Shown here: piece by piece, positions 60,508 to 64,000 of the stretch
Layout: the number at the start of each line of letters is the position of its first letter
How positions within the stretch are numbered: position 1 is the first letter of the stretch
NCBI GenBank assembly: GCA_024679065.1
Contig: JAGIQG010000006.1
Location: 115,320,001-115,384,000 of the forward strand
Source of the DNA: Sphyrna mokarran
Lineage: Eukaryota
Length of the DNA: 64,000 nt
Reading direction: 5' to 3'
The notes under the pieces: model-generated
Told to the model about the DNA's origin: nothing
What the model saw: the letters and a program-made list of their open reading frames with translations, nothing else
Database searches by the model: none
Translations under genes and position numbers: made by a program

Positions 60508-63500
60508 AGTCCAGGCAAGTCGTGGGGGTTACAGATAGTGTGACATGATCCCAGTTGAGGTCATCCCCATGTGTGCAAAACTTGGCTATGAATCTCTGCT
60601 CAGCGACTCTGCGCTGTCGTGTATCAGGAAAGCCATCTTGGAGAATGCTTATCTGAAGATCAGAGGCTGAATGCCTATAATTGCTGAAGTATTCGCCAAC
60701 AGGAAGAGAACAGCCCTGCCTGGTGATTGTCAAGTGGTGTTTATTGATCCATTGTCATAGCATTGCATGGTCTCCCCAATGTACCATGCCTCAGGACATT
60801 CTTTCATGCAGCGCATCAGGTAGACAATGTAGGCTGAGTTGCAAGAGTAGATACAATGTACGTAGTATATGGAGCACTCCTCGTCATAATGATGTCTCAG
60901 CACTCTACATCAGCATTGCTCACGAAGATGGCGTTGCTGCAACTGCCTCAGTATTCAATGCTGACAACTGCCAGTTTCCAGATGCAATTTTGAAGTGAAT
61001 GAGTCACCTTCAACAACCAATTCTTCATCCAGACACACAGAGCAGCCTTGGGGACCAAATCCACACCTCAATATGCCAACATTTTCATGCACAGGTTTGA
61101 ACAAGACTTCTTCACCGCACAGGACCTCCTTTCGATGTTATATACTAGATACATCGATGACATTTTCATCCTTTGGATTCATGATGTCACTTTTTTGTCT
61201 ACTTAATTACTTGAAATCAGTATGAATGTACATGCATGTGATTTATCATTTTCTTTCCTTTAGTAGTTAATAAACTCACTATCTTTAATTCAAGATTGGT
61301 TTCTTTTAGAATATTGGGTCTGGGGAAAGGTATCTGCAAAAGGAGGGATTATTTTTAAACTAATTTTATGAACAGCAGAAGGGGTTAAATAAGAAAGGGA
61401 GCTAGTTCATCCTTCCTTACCCAGGGTAAATAATTTGGGGTATTAGTCGGACAGCAACAAATTGAGGGATCCCACCTGAGTTAACAAATTTGTAACACAA
61501 CCTATAAAATCTTTCCTTCGTCTAGTCCACAGCAGTTATCCTAACATTGTGAAAATGTGCCAGGAAATTGCTGCTTTCAGATTCAGCATTCAAGAGACCT
61601 AAAGGGGATCAGTCCCTAATAACAAATATAATATAGGACTGCAATGCATTGAAGCATTTGGCATAACTTTCTTGTAAATATGTATGGCAATAGGTATTTA
61701 TATGATATGTGCCTCTGTTGGACAGCAATATTTAATTAGTAGTGAGGTATTAAAGTCATCTATTCAGATAATAGTAAACATTTTCTAAGTTGAGCAGTGA
61801 ATTTCAAACCTATTGCTGAAGCATGCAGATAATGAACTGTAATACAAATAAATTTGTGGAAGTGTTTTTTTTAAATGGGCATATATTTGTATGACTTACT
61901 GTTGCAATATAAATTTTTTACATGCAAAAGCTATTCAAAATTCTTTCAATCTGTCACACTTCCATTACTAGTTAGTATTTCCATATATGAAATTAGAAAT
62001 TGTAGCCAGCCAACTTCATAAGAAAATAATGTATTTTTCTTTAGAATTCTGTTCCATAATCAGTATATACATTATTAGCTACAAGTTCTCAGAACCATAA
62101 TTTTTCCAAACAGGACACACTTGCTGTGCCACATTTCTTTTTGTCTTAAGCACTGAAACTGGAGTAAACCATCTGGTTGCATCACTGATTTGTTACAACA
62201 CTTTTATTTTAAAAGTAAAAAGGGGCATATATGTATTACAATCAAGAATATCTGACAAAAGATTCATTCCGTTCTATTTTCATTTCCTAAGCATTGATCA
62301 CAGTTGCTCAGGCAGCAAGTATTCAACGCCCATTGCCAATTCCGTGATTAAATGCAGCTCTAGAATTTGGCCCTCAAGGTTCTTGAGGTCCCTGAGGCAA
62401 TTGCTGGCTTCTCTATTTATACATGAATTCCCACATGATGCAAGTTGCTGATGAAAAATACAGCTGTTTTATGATAGTTCATAGCTCACATAATGATGAA
62501 GAGAAAATGGCATTTGGGAGCCTTATAATTTTACAGCTTTGACTTCCTTTTTCTAGTCATGGTTCCTGTGCAACTCTCCCCTTTGTGGGTTGATTCCTCC
62601 AATTAAAATCCATAAAGAAAGAACACAGGTGCAACCTGGTCCCTAAACTACATTTTATTTTTAATTTTAAAAATATTTGCAGCTGTTTTACAGTCATCTT
62701 GTGTCAAGGTAGTTCAAAAGCTGCATTCCAATATCATTGCAAAATATGCTATACATGACACAGTTCAGTGTATGGTTTATGCGTCCCAACATAGAAACCT
62801 GTGTTCATTTGTATTATGGTTGTCTTGGAGGTAGGAATGAGATATTTGAAGCAAGATTAGGAGATTTTTTTGTGAACAAATTCTTGTTTGTGTATCTCTT
62901 GCTTGCCTGCAGAGTTGATGTAGAGGATAATCATCACACTGTCTCAGGCAGGTACTCAAAAATGGGAGATTAAATCTCCACTAAGTTCTTCTGGCTTAAG
63001 CTCAATTTGTGTTTCTACACATTTATCCAAGCCATAAAGTTCAACTATTATAAAGTAACAAACATTTTTACAGACAGATGTAAGGTAACGACTTCGGTTC
63101 TATGTATATTCAACCTTGACATTAAATTTGGACTTAATTAAAATTAGAAATGAATATACAATTGATATTTTTACTAAATATATACAACATACTGGCAATA
63201 TATTTTTTTTCTTTTATATTATCTAGTGTGTTTTTTTTTGCCAGTTATAGACAAGCAATTTCCCCACAACAGTGAAACACAAAATTTGCATTTCATTCCA
63301 ACCTATATATTTCAGATCTGCATATTAAAATAAAATGGGTCAATTAACAATGCATATTAAAAGATTATTCCATTAAGTTGTTCTGTACCACTGCTGTGTT
63401 TTATAGTATGAGATAGTGATGCAGAATCATGGAAGATGATGAACTGATGAATATACTTATGAACAGAAAGATCCCAACAAAATGAGGATTTTATAGAGAG

Positions 63501-64000
63501 TTATTGTAAAAGTCTCAACAAGATGATCTTTTTTGGTAACTGCCTTGGCTTCACAGTCCTTCCACACTTCAAAGTCAATCCTTAGTCCTCTGACATTCAT
63601 GATTCTGCACATTTTAGACTGGATGTGAACCTCGGAACCCAATCAGACTGAAAAGGACAATGACAAATGATCAAAAAGAATAACCCTTAACTCACTTGCA
63701 CTTATTTTTAAAGACCGCCCTGTCTGAAAAATCACTATTACTGAGCCGAAGATTTTTTGTTGCCAAAGACCAAAATTCTCCAACAATTCTGTTAGGCAAT
63801 GAAAATTAGCAAAAAAATTGTGCAATGTTTTATAATCAATAATGTAGTCTCCAAGCTCTTCCATGCTGAGAAGGAGGCGGATGGATTATAGGAACTTTCC
63901 ACAAAAGTTTCAACTCCACTGCAAAATATGCATTAGTTCATTCAGGATGCCATAATGTGACGGATTGTTTAATTTTTGAACTGCTTTTTTGTTTTGGTCT

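Larger units (their letters stand above)
59395..61182. mobile_element. Penelope-like element: pLTR and GIY-YIG endonuclease on minus, RT fragment inverted on plus; interrupted by CR1
   Basis: Minus: YSCNSAYIVYLMRC...WYIGET and LPVGEYFSNYRHSASDLQISILQ..RRVAEQRFIAKF. Plus (about 60870-61180): DVSALYISIAHEDG, FNNQFFIQT..AALG....PQYANIFM, RYIDDIFILW. Confidence 0.9.

Noticed and set aside
63560-63650. Minus-strand acceptor followed by ...KCAES*, reminiscent of the JmjC NCAESTNF exon
   Set aside because: A stop follows immediately and there is no GEFMITFP/YHAGFN motif. Probably a chance match; the true upstream exon lies beyond the window.
1-64000. Prokaryotic-type systems (CRISPR arrays, operons, defence loci)
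   Set aside because: The sequence is vertebrate intron/exon DNA with no regularly spaced repeats or dense ORFs; the remaining short ORFs are TE fragments or noise.

Overview
AT-rich vertebrate genomic DNA. The repeat content (HE1-type V-SINEs, a SacSINE1/DeuSINE-like remnant, CR1, L2, RTE, Rex1/Babar and Penelope retroelements) points to a cartilaginous fish, probably a shark. The whole window lies inside one minus-strand gene, the histone demethylase KDM4C (JMJD2C). Five coding exons were reconstructed with GT-AG boundaries and consistent phases: 49124-48919, 48526-48279, 37515-37151, 32425-32299 and 11956-11775. They encode the region just after the JmjC domain, the acidic linker and the start of the pre-PHD region. 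The rest is intron dense in retroelements. The most interesting observations are: (1) a candidate unannotated KDM4C exon at 31700-31568, phase-compatible as a mutually exclusive partner of the 32425-32299 exon; (2) a young CR1 LINE carrying a V-SINE core domain in its own 3' UTR, plus a cryptic AG|GT splice motif; (3) evidence that one tRNA-headed 'SINE' family is the 5' end plus 3' tail of a LINE; (4) Penelope-derived hammerhead-ribozyme motifs, nested inverted repeats and a 5'-inverted Penelope element. All family assignments come from reading the sequence and recalled family motifs; no database search was run, and repeat boundaries are approximate.
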